The notes under the pieces were generated by a model. It was given only the letters and a program-made list of their open reading frames with translations. It was not told the DNA's origin and did no database searches. This document shows positions 1 through 17,539 of a stretch of DNA of 64,000 nucleotides, in pieces. Within the stretch, counting starts at the first letter, position 1. Each line of letters starts with the position of its first letter. The position numbers were made by a program, and so were the translations under genes. This DNA comes from the human T2T-CHM13v2.0 reference genome, Homo sapiens: assembly GCF_009914755.1 (NCBI RefSeq), contig NC_060937.1, one strand, 5' to 3'.

Positions 1-1084
1 GTGATCATCAATCCAACAGAATGTGATCATCAATCTACTTATTTTTCTATATCAACAAAGATTACTTCTATGTTATACATTCCACTTTAATGATTCATTT
101 TTAAAAATGTGTGTATATCTACCTCAGGTAGAATGTAAAGATTGGGCTTTATGTTCATTAAGGTTTAAATAGATTTTACTTCATTTTCAGAAAATAAATT
201 GCTTGTCCAATTGATCAACTCTAAAAAACCAAAATACAATCTGTTCTGTATCATATAAGAACATTTCCACAACAAGCATTATAAGAGAGAGGCATAGAAG
301 TTTTCTATACTGAAATGGAATCAACTATTACATATCTTCCAAATCATCAAATTTCTTAATATGTCCCATTTTCACCTTTTCAGTTCTCATTTTTCTATGA
401 GTAGTTAATGATAGCGAATGTATTTTGTCTGCTTTACTAGAAATTTAACGAAAAATCAATATATCATTTAGGTCTATCCTTGCTCTGTCAAGATCATATA
501 TCATAGCCATTTTTCTCACCACATATTTTGCAAAATGAACAAGATTTTTAAAACTATGAAAATAAACACACCAATTAAGAAATGAGAACATGTGTTATGC
601 TTATCAAAGTAGGCTATTGATCACATTTTGCTTCAGAGACCTTGAATTTGATATCATCCCAATAGATTAAAACAATAAACATTAATCCATTCCTCAAATA
701 TTTGTTGAAGGTCTAATTTGGGCTATGCCCTCTATAAGGTGTTATAAATGATATTAGGAAGAATCTGGCAGTTTCTTCTTCACAATCTTAGTGATATAGT
801 TATGTAGGTAACAATGGAAAAGCCCCCAAAACTACTGGTTAAAATGGAACAAAACAGAAAGGCCATTGATAAGCATAAAGGTATTCATTTAGTTTAAAAG
901 TCATCTGTTTCATATGTTCAAGCTCACAAAGAACTGGGAACTCACTACAAACCGAAGGTGAGATGACAGTGTAGCCACTGCTAAAATCCCTCATACAAAT
1001 CTCCTTTTAATTTATCTGTCATCATCCCAAGCTAACACTCAAAGATGTTAACTAGGTTCTCACAATTAGTAAGAAGATAGCCAG

Positions 1085-2220
1085 AAAGTGGGCAAAGGAT
1101 ATGAACAGACACTTCTCAAAAGAAGACATTTATGCGACCAACAAACATATGAAAAAAAAGCTCATCATCACTGGTCATTAGAGAAATGCAAATCAAAACC
1201 ACAGTGAGGTACCATCTCATGTCAGTTAGGATGGCGATCATTAAAAAGTCAGGAAACAACAGACGCTGGAGATGATGTAGAGAAATAGGAACACTTTTAC
1301 ACTGTTGGTGGAAGTGTAAATTAGTTCAACCATTGTGGAAGACAGTGTGGTGATTCCTCAAGGATCTAGAACCAGAAATAGCATTTGACCCAGCATTCCC
1401 ATTACTGGGTTTATGCCCAAAGGATTATAAATCATTCTACTATAAAGACACATGCACACGTATGTTTATTGCATCACTGTTCACAATGGCAAAGACTTGG
1501 AACCAACCCTAATGCCCATCAGTGATAGACTGGATAAAGAAAATGTGGCAAATATACACCATGGAATACTATGCAGCCATAAAAAAGGATGAGTTTGGCG
1601 GGGCACAGTGGCTCATGCCTATAATCCCGGCACTTTGGGAAGCCGAGGTGGGCAGATCATGAGGTCAGGAGAGCGACACCATCCTGACCAATATGGTGAA
1701 ACCCCGTCTCTACTAAAACTACAAAAATTAGCTGGGCATGGTGGCACATGCCTGTAGTTTCAGCTACTCAGGAGGCTGAGGCATGAGAATAGCTTGAACC
1801 TGAGAGGCAGAGGTTGCAGTGAGCCGAGATGGCACCACTGCACTCCAGCCTGGGCAACAAAGTGAGACTGTCTCAAAAAAAAAAAAAAAAAAAGGATGAG
1901 TTTATGTCCTTTGCAGGGACATGGATGAAGCTGGAAACCATCATTCTCAGCAAACTAACATGGGAACAGAAAATCAAATACCACATGCTCTCACTCATAA
2001 GTGGGAGTTGAACAATGAGAACACATTGATACAGGGAGGGGAACATCACACACTGGGGCCTGTCCCGGGGTGGGGGGCTAGGGTAGGGATAGCATTAGGA
2101 GAAATACCTAATGTAGATGACGGGTTGATGGGTGCAGCAAACCACCATCACACATGTACACCTATGTAACAAACCTGCAAGTTCTGCGCATGTATCTCAG
2201 AACTTAAAGTATAATAAAAA
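1085..2220 (+). mobile_element. 5'-truncated L1PA element (about PA6-PA8): ORF2 3' end and 3'UTR, interrupted by an Alu
   Basis: Starts AAAGTGGGCAAAGGATATGAACAGACAC and ends AACTTAAAGTATAATAAAAA. TSD AAGAAGATAGCCAGAA (1071-1086) vs AAGAAACTAGCCAGAA (2221-2236), 14/16 identical. Confidence 0.95.
1597..1887 (+). mobile_element. AluS (Sc-like) inserted in the L1
   Basis: Full dimer with poly-A. Perfect 16-bp TSD AAAAAAGGATGAGTTT at 1581-1596 and 1888-1903. Confidence 0.97.
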
Positions 2221-2259
2221 AAGAAACTAGCCAGAATCAGACGAGGGACAAAAGGTCCA

Positions 2260-2318
2260 TGCACCCAGCATACGGTTGATGTTCAATAAAGTGTTGAAGA
2301 ATGAATGAATAAATGAAC
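2260..2318 (+). mobile_element. L2 3' end fragment
   Basis: TTCAATAAAGTGTTGAAGAATGAATGAATAAATGAA resembles the L2 tail. Confidence 0.55.
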
Positions 2319-2458
2319 TTTCTGTAGCATGTTTTTAATAAATATATGATTTTAAAAGTGAGTTTATTCCCTATTTTTATTCTAGGGAGGAATAAAATAT
2401 ATGGGGAATAAGTTAGAATATAGCAGTTTTCTCAGGATGTTGGCTGTCCAACTCTAGA

Positions 2459-2602
2459 CAAGAGGTCAGCAAACTACGGTCTAAAGACTTGCGGGTGGTA
2501 CTATAATAAAGTTTCATAAGCAGTTACTCACTCATTTACTTTTGTCTACGGTTTCTTGTAAAGCCTAAATTATTACAGTCTGGCTCTTCATCCATACCCC
2601 TG
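2459..2602. mobile_element. MER58-like hAT-Charlie relic
   Basis: Start GAGGTCAGCAAACTACGG and end ACCCCTG resemble MER58 termini. Confidence 0.5.
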
Positions 2603-2747
2603 CCACCAGCTGTGTTTCAGCAGCATCCACAGTGATTTTTTTTTCAATAGCACTGATGATTTGTTTTAGATAAAAGGATGCAAAATAAAAGCAGTAAAAG
2701 TAGAAAACATCAGTAGTTCCTTGTATGTCTGAGTCTCTTCATTCTAG

Positions 2748-3162
<415 letters not shown>

Positions 3163-5622
3163 ACTGCTGGAGATTCTTAAGCTTTAGGCAAATTCTTACT
3201 CTTATTCTGAGGCAACCTACAAGCTGAGAGTCAGGTTCACTTGTTTAACTCCATTATGTTCCAGTCATCTTCAGAGATGGAACCCTTGTTCTGAGCAGAA
3301 CACTCAACAGAGTCACGGTTGCCAGAGTCTATGAAACACATAGAAAATATTGTCCTATCCTTCTATTTAAAAGACCTGGGAGAAACTGCTGCAAGTAGTG
3401 TTAACACATGCAATTAAAGATAATAATGACGAGATTTCTGGCCAGACTTGAAGGTCAAGTACACTAACAAAGCATGTTACAAACCAGGAACGAACATGGT
3501 GATTAGAAGTTTATCCAATGTGCGGTGTTTGTTCAAAGAGCCATAGACCCTCAGTATCAGAATTAAAAGTACTGATTTGGAGATTTCAACCAAAACCCAA
3601 AATATTAGAATATTTGTGGTTGTGATGGGGATCTTGATGTTAACAAATGCCCAGGTAGTTTTTATGTGCCTTATTATTAAATTAAAAAAGGATCAGGAAG
3701 ATCAAAAATGTCCCAAGGGAGAGACTCTCAAGGCCACTTGCCCGTGATATTCCCATGCCCCCAGAGTTTTTCTAAGGTCAGATATCATGGAAATGCTAAG
3801 GACAGCTGCCTTGGGATAATGGTAGCAAGGCTGTGCAAGAGGAGTACAGCAACTCTAGGAAAAACACAAAACAAAGATTTGCACCTATCATAACAATCCC
3901 TCTACCAAATTACAAGATATCAAAAAAAATCTGCAAAAAAAACCCTGGTTTTATTTCTCACTTGTCCATATAGCTTTCCTTGAATCCTTTGGTCTTCCTA
4001 GATTGTCTTGTCCACTAAATTTGATTGCAATTTTAGTTTATCGCCCATTATTTCATGAATATTTGTTTTACATTAAATATTACAATACTCTGTTATTTTA
4101 GGTTTGCTAATCCTTGTCTCCCTATTGTATTGGGCAGGGAAAAGTGTCTTGTTTGAAGGTAGATTATGGGACAGAGTGGGTACAATTAATGCTATTTTAA
4201 TAAATACATGTGACATGATTGATTTACTAGTAATGTCAAATAGATACTAACATGCATCAACTATGTAAGTAGGCTTATTCATGGCTATGTGAAGAACAAC
4301 AGGCATAATACGAATCATGACTGGGGCTAAGCTATTTCACCTTGTCTGTTTTGATCGCATATAATGGTGTCAGCAACTTAGAAATAATCTGCAGGCAGAA
4401 TGGCAGCTTCAAGGTCAAATAATATTGAGAAATACAGGGATAAAAAAGGAAACTAAGAAAACAGAGTATAGAGTGTGCTTGTTTCACTAATCAAATAGTC
4501 TGTGGCAGGAGTTTTCTTACAGCCCTGAGCTAAGAGTTAATAGTTTGAACAACAACAAAAAGACTGGTGTGAACAAGAGAAAAATTTTCATGAGTGGAAA
4601 AGGTGGTAAGAATAGCACATCCTCAAAGGCATAGAAGGAATCAGGTATCATGAGTCTTAAATTAGGAGAAGACAACTTGAAGTGGGTTGTTCAAGGTGCT
4701 AATACAATGCATGTGTGCTCCAAAGGAAAGAGGTATGATTAGTGACGAGGGCATGTGCGTTTCAGGTAGCTAGATGGCAGAACTGTAAATAATTGAGTGA
4801 ATATTTTAGGATGTATAGATTCAGAAAGGAAGCAGAATATCATAAAGCTTGGTTGCAAAATCAGTGGTGCTAGGTCAACCTTTAATGAAAGACTAAGAAC
4901 AAGAGAGTTCAAAAACAAGACCAATAGGGATCTCAGAATATATGGTTTAGACATTAGATTCTCAGCCAACGAAATGAGGGAAGGCCATATTCCTGAAGTC
5001 AAATAAAAGACTAGGCAGATATTTCCTCAGAGGGACACCTGGGACCACCAGAAGGGCCAGTGATTTATGTGGATATGAGGAAAGGTGTTTCTGCAGCCAA
5101 CCTTGGCAGGCTGGCCCCCAGATGGGTGACATTCCACTTCTATAGGGACCTCTGTTGTTGCCATAAAGCTTTTCCCAGTTTTGAGGGTTAACTTTGGGTT
5201 GAATATGTGAGAATAGAAGGTAAAAGTGGAGAATATCTTTTTAAGGCTTACTGCAGTCTATCATGAAATGTAACTTCATCAGAGTTGCAATTTCATCAAA
5301 CCTATCCTATGGCCATAGTAAGTGCGTAGTAATAACTTCTGCAGGAGAATATAATTATTATTCCAAACCTTCTCATAAGAGCAAAAATTAGTTCTGTCTT
5401 TGCATATCTTCTGTGCTAAATTCATCATAGGTAGCCTGAGGAAATGAGAAGTGCCACCTTTGTAAAGAAAAGCTAAAGAAAGATATATGGCATTGATTAG
5501 ATAGAAATATAGATAGAGATTTAGCATATGATAGATTATATATTGATGACACATGTATATATATTTCGGAGAAAAAGATATATGGGTTATATACAAAATA
5601 TAGACAGGTTATATATAATCTT

Positions 5623-6001
5623 TATTATGGTCTGGCTCTGTGTTCTCACCCAAATCCCATCTTGAATAGTAATTTGAATTGTAATATCCATGTGTTGTGG
5701 GAGGGACTTCATGGGAGGTGATTACAGCAAGGAAGTGGTCCCACCAAGCTGTTATCATGATAGTGAGTGAGTTCTCACAAGATCTGACGGTTTTATAAGG
5801 GTCTTTTTTCTCCTTCACTCTGCACTTCTCCTTCCTGCTGCCAAGTGAAGAAGGATGTGGTTGCTTCCCCTTCTGCCATGATTGTAAGTTCCCTGAGGCC
5901 TCCCCAGTCCTGCAAAACTGTGAGTCAATTAAACCTCTTTCCTTTAAAAATTACCCAGTCTCGGGTGTTTCCTCATAGCAGCGTGAGAACAGACTAATAC
6001 A
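5623..6001 (+). mobile_element. MaLR solo LTR (MSTA/THE1-like)
   Basis: TATGGTCTGGCTCTGTGT...CCCAAATC start, GAGTCAATTAAACCTCTTT, ends AGACTAATACA. Confidence 0.9.
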
Positions 6002-7210
6002 ATAATCTCCATAGACACTTAATCATGGGAAGATTTCTATATTAAACATCAGAGTCACCTGAAGAAGTCTTAAAAATACGTTTCTGATTCCACCTAAATA
6101 CACTTGATGTGAATATTTGATTGTAGATCTATAATTTTTGCAGTTTCTAGGTATTTTTTTCAAACCCCTTTACTGGTTGCTGGAAACCTCAGGGTTCCTC
6201 CAATTCCAACCTAATGGAAGAACCCAGCCAACGTTCGAAGAACTCTAAAGTCAGGAGCTCAGGCCATTAGGAAGCATCAGAATTGCTTAGTCTGTGTTCG
6301 AAACTGAAGTCTTTGAATTGACATTACGGTTCAAAATCCAGTCTTAATTTGTCTACTGCTTCTTCTACAAAACCCTCAGCACGTATTTCCCTGCTGTTAC
6401 TGTTGGGTTGCAGCAACAGAAAGTGATCTACAGCAGAACTACCTGGCTAGAGTGTCCTACAATTTGGAAAATAATTAAGTGTCTTTGCAGTTGATTATTC
6501 AGATTCCTGGGATGGAGGAGGCCTGTGTTCAGTGAACACACACACAAAAGGAAAATTCTAACTCTAAGGAAAACAGGAATTTGAAGCAAATGTATCATAC
6601 CAGCTAAAGTTCTAAACTTTCAAAAGAGTGAATAGATCTGGCATGCAATTTTGTTAGTTTAGTTTTTGTTCTTCTGCTTGTTTTGCTTCCAATAAGTTGC
6701 TTCTCCTGCCCCCTTTTCTGGGCTCTTTCAAGGTCACAGCTTCTGAAAGCTGCACACTCCTGACTTTCCCCAAGGCCTCGTAGATGAGTGAAGCCTCTCG
6801 GAGGGATTCCCAAAGAAGCTTTGGTTACTGGTCAAAAAGAAATAGCCTTGCTCCTCTCATGCTCCGTTAACTGAAATGTTCAGAGCAATCAGATGTATCA
6901 CGAATGAGTCTAATTTAAAGGGAATTGAACAGACCAAATGTTTTATTTGCCCAAAATGCTATCCTTCAGAAACTTTGTTTTTTAGTTTGATGTTACTGCC
7001 CTAAGACCCTGCTACTGTCTAGTTTAATTCTAAGTTACTCTACTCCTTAAATCTGACAGCAAATACTCTATTTCTTTAAAGTTAAATTTAATTGAATTTA
7101 GTTTTCATTAGATTATTTTCTTTGACTTTTACATCAAATTGTAGGGTAATAGTTTTCAAGCTTTATTTAAAAAAGAGAAAACAAATGAAATATTTTGTTA
7201 AACTACAGGG

Positions 7211-7696
7211 CAGTTGATCCTTGAACAGCATGAGTTTGAATGGTGTGGGTCTACTTACATGTAAATTTTTTTCAGTAGGTGTATTGGAAAAGTTTTGGAG
7301 ATTTGCAATAATTTGAAAAAACCTCACAGATGAACTGCCACCCCTGAGATAACAAAACCAACCCCTTCTCTTCTTCCTCCTCTTCAGCCTACCCAACATG
7401 AAGACCACAAGGATGAATACCTTTATGATGATCTACTTCCATGTAATAAATATTAAATATATTTTCTCTTCCTCATGATTTTCTTAATGCAATTTTCTTT
7501 TCTCCATTGTAAGAGTGCAGTATTTAATACATGCAATATAAAAAATATGTGTTAATTGGCTGTTTACATTATCATTAAGGTTTCCAGTAAACAGTAGACT
7601 AGTAGATAAGTTTTGGTGGAGTCAAAATCTATATTCAGATTTCCAATCATGCATAAGTGAGCACTCCTAGCCCCTGCACTGTTCAAGGGTCAACTG
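7211..7696 (+). mobile_element. Tigger2a (MER28)-like non-autonomous DNA transposon
   Basis: TIRs CAGTTGATCCTTGAACAG and CTGTTCAAGGGTCAACTG. Reverse-complement homologue of 40375-40910. Confidence 0.88.
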
Positions 7697-8201
7697 TGTA
7701 TATGTCAGTTTAAAGGTGAACCTTATCCTTACACCTCCCCCTTACTTACTTCTGTATCCCTAAATACACTTGCAAAGTCATGAAATATCTGAATAATGCC
7801 ACTGTGATTTTAATGGTTTTGCATAGCAGACTGTTTATGTGTTTAACATGGTGTTTGAAATAGCACTGATACCGCCTGGTGCAGAAGATTCAGAGAATAA
7901 AACCAAAATTTACTAAGATTTTTCTTTTTTACCACCCTGCTTGAAGGAAGTAGTTTTTAATCAAAAAATAATTATTTTAATTTGTTAGCATTTATTTGTA
8001 GCCTGCACATCTATAGCTAAAGCTGAGCAATTGGTCAGAAAATCACTTTATGTTGTGTTATGATTTTTATTATAAACTCCTACTCATCATTCTTTCCTTT
8101 CCAGAAAAATCTGTTGAACTTTGAGAAAATTTGTCCTCTAAGTGAGAACATTATGTCTGCTAAATGGAGATAGTCAGTATTTGAATTAAAAAGTAAACAA
8201 A

Positions 8202-9892
<1,691 letters not shown>

Positions 9893-11214
9893 AAAAAGTA
9901 AACAAAGTGAAATAGTGAGATAATTATTTTTACACAAAATATTATCAGTAGTAATCATACCAAAGATTTTGCTTCAATATCTGCAGACAGCAAATGGACA
10001 ACTGAAAAAAGATGATGAGAATAGATTTCTCATTCCAGATTTCTGAGTTACACTAGTAATAAAGATGTAAAATTATTTCATATTCTCCCAGATATTAATG
10101 CAATTAACCAAACAGCAGCTATCATTCTCTATGGGTGCTTGCTCATGTATTGAATGAGAAAGGTACAATAATTGACTTGATCCAGATGTCCATGTAAAGT
10201 AATTGAGAATCTGAAATGGTAAAATTTCTAAAGAAATATGAAAAGGATACTAAATTTTTACAAAATGCTTTAAATTCATGGAAAATAAGTTCAAGTAAGG
10301 AATAGCATTTTAAAAATTGTGTGACTTAAAAATGTATATAAAATAATTTTAAGTGGCATGGAGATAAAACTAATGCTGAAACTGTACTTTCTTGTATAAG
10401 ACACTTTTAAAACTTATGATTATGACAGTATTTCCTTATAGCTCATGATTCTCATCTAAAATGATAATAAATAGGTTATTCTATAGCTCTATTTTTCCAG
10501 AAGTCTAGCTATCATTAATTTTCAGTCTATGAGATATGTCACAAAAAATCCTATGTGGTTTCCTATTAAGACTCTGACATTGTGTCTAGTTGTTCCCAAG
10601 AAATCTAAATATATAGGCTTGATATACTGGTCAAACAAGGCTAGCCCTTTGTCAATCAGGTTTATTTGGAAACTGATATTTTGCTTGGAAGAAAAGAAAT
10701 AACGTTGACTAACAGACACAGAAAACAGTTTATTGCAGGCATGCAGGTAACTCGAAAAATCAACAGGAAGCCTATAAAACCAGACTTAACAACTCAGGTC
10801 TAGACAAGTGGCTCACTATAACAAAAATTAAGGTCACACTCAGGAACAACCAGGGTGGTGTGCAGTTGCCACAAGCCCTAGATGACCACCACTGTCTCTG
10901 GACCACTGATGCTACTAGCTCCAGGGGAAGGAATTCTACAGAATCCATGCTGGCCATCACTCATGCAAAGACCCAAGTGAGAACTTGCTTAGGTCTGGTA
11001 GCCTTACTGAAGCTATAAAGGTCGTAGAAAGCAAGCATTTATGTTTTCATTATTTCTTTTTATTTTTTGTACTAAGGTAGATTTAGAGACAGAACTGAGC
11101 TGAAATACGGGGCATCCAAAAGAAGGAAAAGCACTAATAACTAAAGTTGTATTGTTTTGTTAAATGCAGATTTATGAAACACAACTTACATTATTACCAC
11201 CAAGGTTTAATATG

Positions 11215-11700
11215 TCCATTATAGAATAATTAGAAAATATAGATAAGCAAAGAGAAACACAATAGCACTCCAAACTCATCCACCCAGAACTAATAAAATG
11301 TCAACATTTTGTTGTGTAACTCAAGATTTTTACAACACTTTAAAATAAAAATGTGGTTATATGTGTGTGTATCTATGCAGACATATGTTTACATACACAT
11401 GTACAAACACAAACACACAGTTGAGTAAGTTGAGAAGACAAAGCAATATATCTTAAGTACTTTTCATATCTTTACAATTTTTCTATATGATTTCTATTTA
11501 CATGCATGAATTTCATTATATTGCCATATCATAATTCACTTAACCTATCTCCCTATTGTTGCCATGGAGAGATTTTTGCTCATATATTTTCCTGTTAAAA
11601 ATAAGCCGGCAATTAACATTCTTATAGAAAATGTATAATTATGTTCTTAGGATAAATTTTTAGACTTGAATTATTACAGGATCAAAGTAGAATATGTAAT
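11215..11700 (-). mobile_element. Ancient L1ME-type 3' fragment
   Basis: TTAGAAAATATAGATAAGCAAAGAG...CACCCAGA and TTAACCTATCTCCCTATTGTTG resemble antisense L1ME 3' ends. Highly diverged. Confidence 0.5.
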
Positions 11701-12949
11701 TGCCTTTTATAGGAGAACAAAAGTTTCAGAATATTGAACTGTGACAGAGCTAGCATCCTGTAGTTAACAGCTGCTGATTTATAATTGGATCCATCCAAGT
11801 CATGCTTTTATGAACTATAAGTATATGTTTACAGGACTAGAGTCTGAAGTATCTTCTTCTATCTACACTGTTTAATAAAGATAAGGCTCAAGAAGAACAT
11901 GAACCAAAGATGACCAGTCAGGAGATTTTCAGAATGGAGTCCAGTCATCAGCAAACAAATCAAAGACTAGAAAATTTTCATCAACTTCACCCCGACCCCC
12001 ATCCACTCCTATTAATGTCAAAATTTTATTTATTCTTCAAAGACAACTAAAATGTTGCCATTCACAAACAGCTTGTTCTTTATCTGGAAGTGATCTCTCC
12101 TTGGATCTTGCTTTCTCAATGTTTTTTCTATCACCACCACCCCATCCCCAGCAAACTTTGCTTTGAAAATGTGGTCACTCCAGGCATGTGTTCTCATCTT
12201 CAAGAGTTCCTCAACCAAGACACTACTTCTTCACCTAGTATTATTTTGTATTTCAACTGACCTAGGGGGGAAAATATTTTCAGTACAAGTATAATATGTG
12301 CTAAATTTTAAGAGTATACAATTTTAAAAAGTACAAATTAGAACATGAGAGCCCTCTATAACCCACACCTTACATCAAATCAGATTCCTAAATGCCATTG
12401 TTCACCAGGATTTCTTCCCTGGGTTCACGTCTTCTCTCAATATATACAAGTCTCCCCAGTTAACATCATTCATTACCAATAGAGTCAATTCCCAATAGGC
12501 AAATCATTCAATCCTCTTTCTTAATTTCAGGACACTTACTTTCAAATGTTTATTCTATTCCTTTATCTGAAAAATTATTTCCATTTCTCTGCCTTGGTTC
12601 TGAAGCTAGCCCTGTCCTGATCCCAATTAGAACAGCTAGAACTTTTCAGTCTTGCCTTCCTCCTAATGCAGATCCCATTGAAACTATAAAGTACCTTTGT
12701 GTTGGTTCCCAATATGCCCTGAGATTCACTCTGACTGCACATATCTACTCCTAATCCCTGGAGAGTGTCTTGATGAAATGCACAAATTAACTTGTCCTTT
12801 ATTGCCTGTTCACCCACTTGGAGAACAGATGGTGTCAGCTTCCTCAAACCACACAGCTGACCGTGGAGAAAGAGATCGTTTGTCAAAAGACAGTTGAGGT
12901 CCTGTTACCGGGGGGAAAAATGCCAGAAACAAAAGGTGTGTCCCCCCAC

Positions 12950-13868
<919 letters not shown>

Positions 13869-14769
13869 TTTTTGGACACTTAGCAACAGAAATATGTCAG
13901 AGCCGTTCATATTATTCTTGTTAATCCAATCAGCTTCAATCATCCAACATAGCTATGCCAAGAAGGTACAAGCTACTCCAGTGTTTCTGACATATTTTTA
14001 TATGCATAGCAGTTATTTATTGGTCAAAATTACTGGGAAGATGATTTCTACTATGAGCATGCCCTATAATTTTTATAGACTATATTCTTCTTATCCAAGT
14101 ACAATTCACAATGCCAAACTCAGAGATTACCGATGTTTATAGAAACATGACAATAGTGAGACTCTCTTCTCTCAAAGACTGAGTATGATGTACAGCCATC
14201 CATGATGGAAGGCCAAGTAGAAAACATCTCCGAGACTGTGATGTGATGATTTCTTTGTGCACAGATGATACAATTCCAAGTTGCAATGCACTCCATTAAT
14301 TAAACAAGTCTGCATGCTCATAATTTAATTTGCTGAAAGAATTCACAAGAGGGATGGGAAACTGGGTTCCCCTGCTTCCCATAAATGTAATTGACATAAT
14401 GAGCAGCTTTCTTCTCTTCTGAGTCACAATGCCTTACAGTAATACCTGCCTCACATGATATCAAGTTCTCTTTGAGTCGTACAGAGAAATAATTTCCTAA
14501 GTGCAATTCAACTCAATGTAGATAGATATCATATGGCATCAGAGACTTCAGAAGTAAAGCAAATGAAAATGACTTCAATGAACTTGGTGCTTGGAATAGT
14601 AAAAACCTTAGTTCAATAATAATTCCCATGGAAACACTACATATTTCTCTCTCACTCTAGGTATTTTCAATTAAAGCTTGCAAAATTTGAAATGGAAAAG
14701 AAAAAAATCTTAGACTGAAATGTGAAATATACTAAATTTCATTTTGATTAGCAATGTATAAAGTACTTT

Positions 14770-14975
14770 GATATGTATTAACATACTGTATGTTTTATGC
14801 ATCATTTGGTGAAAGAGATTTTCTTATCATTCTCATAATCATCCCCTTTTATAAGTGTTAAAACAGAAGAGTTGAAGAGTATAGTCATTTGACCAGGCTC
14901 ATATTGTTTATAAACAGTAGAAATTTGAACTTGAATCTCTGCCTTCTTATTTCTAATGCTATGCTTTTTCCATGA
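14770..14975 (-). mobile_element. MIR
   Basis: ATCATCCCCTTTTATAAG...GAAATTTGAACTTGAATCTCT resembles the antisense MIR core. Confidence 0.5.
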
Positions 14976-16214
14976 TGGAATTCTAAGATTGTCCAGCACT
15001 TATAATTGAGTCATGATCACACTGAATGCTCAGCAATTATATGCCCAGTGAATAGATACCAGAGAATAAAATGCATAACTTTTATCATGGCACTTTTTAA
15101 AAAATTTTAATTTATCCCTATTGCTGACCATTACAAGATTAAATGTCTTTATTATAAATTTCAACCTCCTCTAATATTACAGTCACAAATCTTTGGATTT
15201 TTTTCTTAGCTAATTTTAAAATGATATTTTTAGACCTCTAAGATAAAATAATCAAAGGAGAATAAAATCTTTTATTTTCTGAATATACTTTATACATCTC
15301 ATTCTATCAAGATTTTACATTATTTTTTGTTTGCTTCTCTCATTCTCCTTCCTATTAGTTGTTTTTTCCCAGTTAATTATGTGTAGCTTTTTCAGGTTTC
15401 AAATGCAATCTCTTTCTTTCCTTTCTGAGCTGCATTGTTCACAGTCATAAAGAAAAATAACCAGGGAGCTAATAAATGTCATTTTTTACATGTTATATAA
15501 AGTATTTGTGAAACAGTAAGCAATGTTCAAATATCTTCAGAATTGGCCATTTAAGGCTTTAATATCTGGCACTGAGAAAAGTAGTACTTTGAAAGCTTTC
15601 ATTTTATACTGAAGCTATAGAAATTTCAGCACCTACTGATAAGTTGTGAACATTTACAAGTGAATGAAACAAATTAAATGACAAACTCCTACTAGTGTTT
15701 AAAACGTAATATTTTAGTAGCTGCTTTATTTATTGAATAAAAATAGAATCCCAAGCAACTACTCAACTTAGCTTTTATTATTCCTGTACCCAATTTGTTT
15801 ACAAATTGTATTATACAGAGAAAGACATATTTTATATTTTTCATTAATTCAACATATTTCTCAAATCTCTTAGTCCTTATGTTAGTGTTTACGAAGATAA
15901 CAGATAGTATATGTTTATATCTGTATATCTGGACATATATCTATTATAATATAACCTTTCTTCCTAGAAGGTTATTTGGAAATGTTAACCTTGGTGTTTT
16001 TCATTTACAGTTCTGTTTTTCCTCTTCTAATCCTTCACCCATCTGAGCTAAAGTCTAGACCTAAGGAGGCTACTAATTCAGGGATCGAGTAATCTGCCAA
16101 GCAAGAGTTTATTCAAGCACAGTTTGAAATAAAGGTTTCAAATGCATAGCCTGTCGATACTTTGGAAGGATTCTCATCATAACGAGTATGCAATTTGCTA
16201 TAAAGAAGAATGCC

Positions 16215-16582
16215 CATTACGGACTAAATGTTTATGTCCTCCTAAAATTCATATGTTGAAGGCCTAACTCTCAATGTGATGATTATGTGGAGATGGTGCC
16301 TTTGGGAGGTAACTGGGCTTAGATGTGGGCGTGAGGGTGGGGCCTCATGGTGAAATTTGTGCCCTTGTAAGAAAAACACACCACAGGTTTTCATTCTTCC
16401 TCTGCCACATGAGGCCACAGTAAGAATGTGACCATCTGCTAGCCAGGAGGAAAGTCCTCACTGGAACCCGCCCATAATAACACTCCAGTCTGGGGCTTTT
16501 CAGCCTCCAGAACCATGAGAAATAAATTTCTAGTGTTTAAGTCACCCAGGCTATGGTATTTTGTTATAGTTGACGAAAACAA
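16215..16582 (+). mobile_element. MLT1A/B-like MaLR solo LTR
   Basis: AAAATTCATATGTTGAA, CAGCCTCCAGAACCATGAGAAATAAATTTC and TATGGTATTTTGTTATAG. Confidence 0.88.
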
Positions 16583-17340
16583 TGCCCAATGAATTAAATT
16601 TTCTCCTTCTGGGCTGAGGAGAGCTGGAAAAGGGAACAGCATGGTCCCGTGAGAGAGATCTTTCTGTCTTTGACTCCAGTTCTCTTCCTGCTCCCCATCT
16701 CCTTTTTCCATCACCAGAAATCACATCATGCAAAACCTAAATAACTTTATGAATGTGAAAGTAGAAAATAGCCATGTCCTACTTCCCATTTGGAAATGGA
16801 AAAATGGAAGGAAAAAATAAAAACAGCAGCTTGCAGCACTCTCTGAAAACCATGGCATAATTAATGCCAAGGGCACTGTGTGTGGTGTCAAGACAGTGGG
16901 GGGCTGAGATTGCCTCACAAAATTCACTGGTGCTCCAAAGAGCACCTGCAAAGCAGCCAACATTTCCCATGTCCACAGGAAGGACATGCACTTAGATGAG
17001 TGAAGGGCAGCAGACTTAGAGAGGCCATGGGGTTGGGATGAAGAAATCTGTTTGCAGATGACAGTGTGGGCCGTAGGCCAGATTTCATATGCAAAGTCAT
17101 CGCAGTGGATGCTCACAAGACCAGACAGGGCAGTGTCAACTGTGAGGACGCCAGTGTGAGCCGATAACAAGGTCAGACATTCACCACCTAATATTGTTGC
17201 CATTAGTAAGTCTCCAGGATTGTGCATCAGTCCTAGAGAAGAAGGGGGATTAGATTGAGATAACCTTGAATTAAGTACCTAAAAGTTTTGGCAATGAGGA
17301 AAATAATGATAAGCTTGAAATAGGAAAACCTGCATATCTA

Positions 17341-17539
17341 TCAGTTGTGGTGACTCACACCTGTAATTTTAGCACTTTGAGAGGCCAAAGTGGGAGGACT
17401 GCTTGAGCCCAGGAGTTTGAGCAACACAGTAAGACCTCGTCTCTACAAAAAATTTTTAAAAATTTGCCAGGGAGGACGGATACTCAGATACTCAGGAGAT
17501 TGAGACTGCAGTCTCAAAAAGAAAAAAAATAAAATAAAA
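17341..17539 (+). mobile_element. AluJ-like element with internal deletions
   Basis: GGAGGACTGCTTGAGCCCAGGAGTTTGAG left arm, collapsed right arm, A-tail. TGCATATC repeated at 17331 and 17542. Confidence 0.8.

Noticed and set aside
1-36. GTGATCATCAATC repeated at 1 and 23
   Set aside because: Trivial short duplication cut by the window edge.
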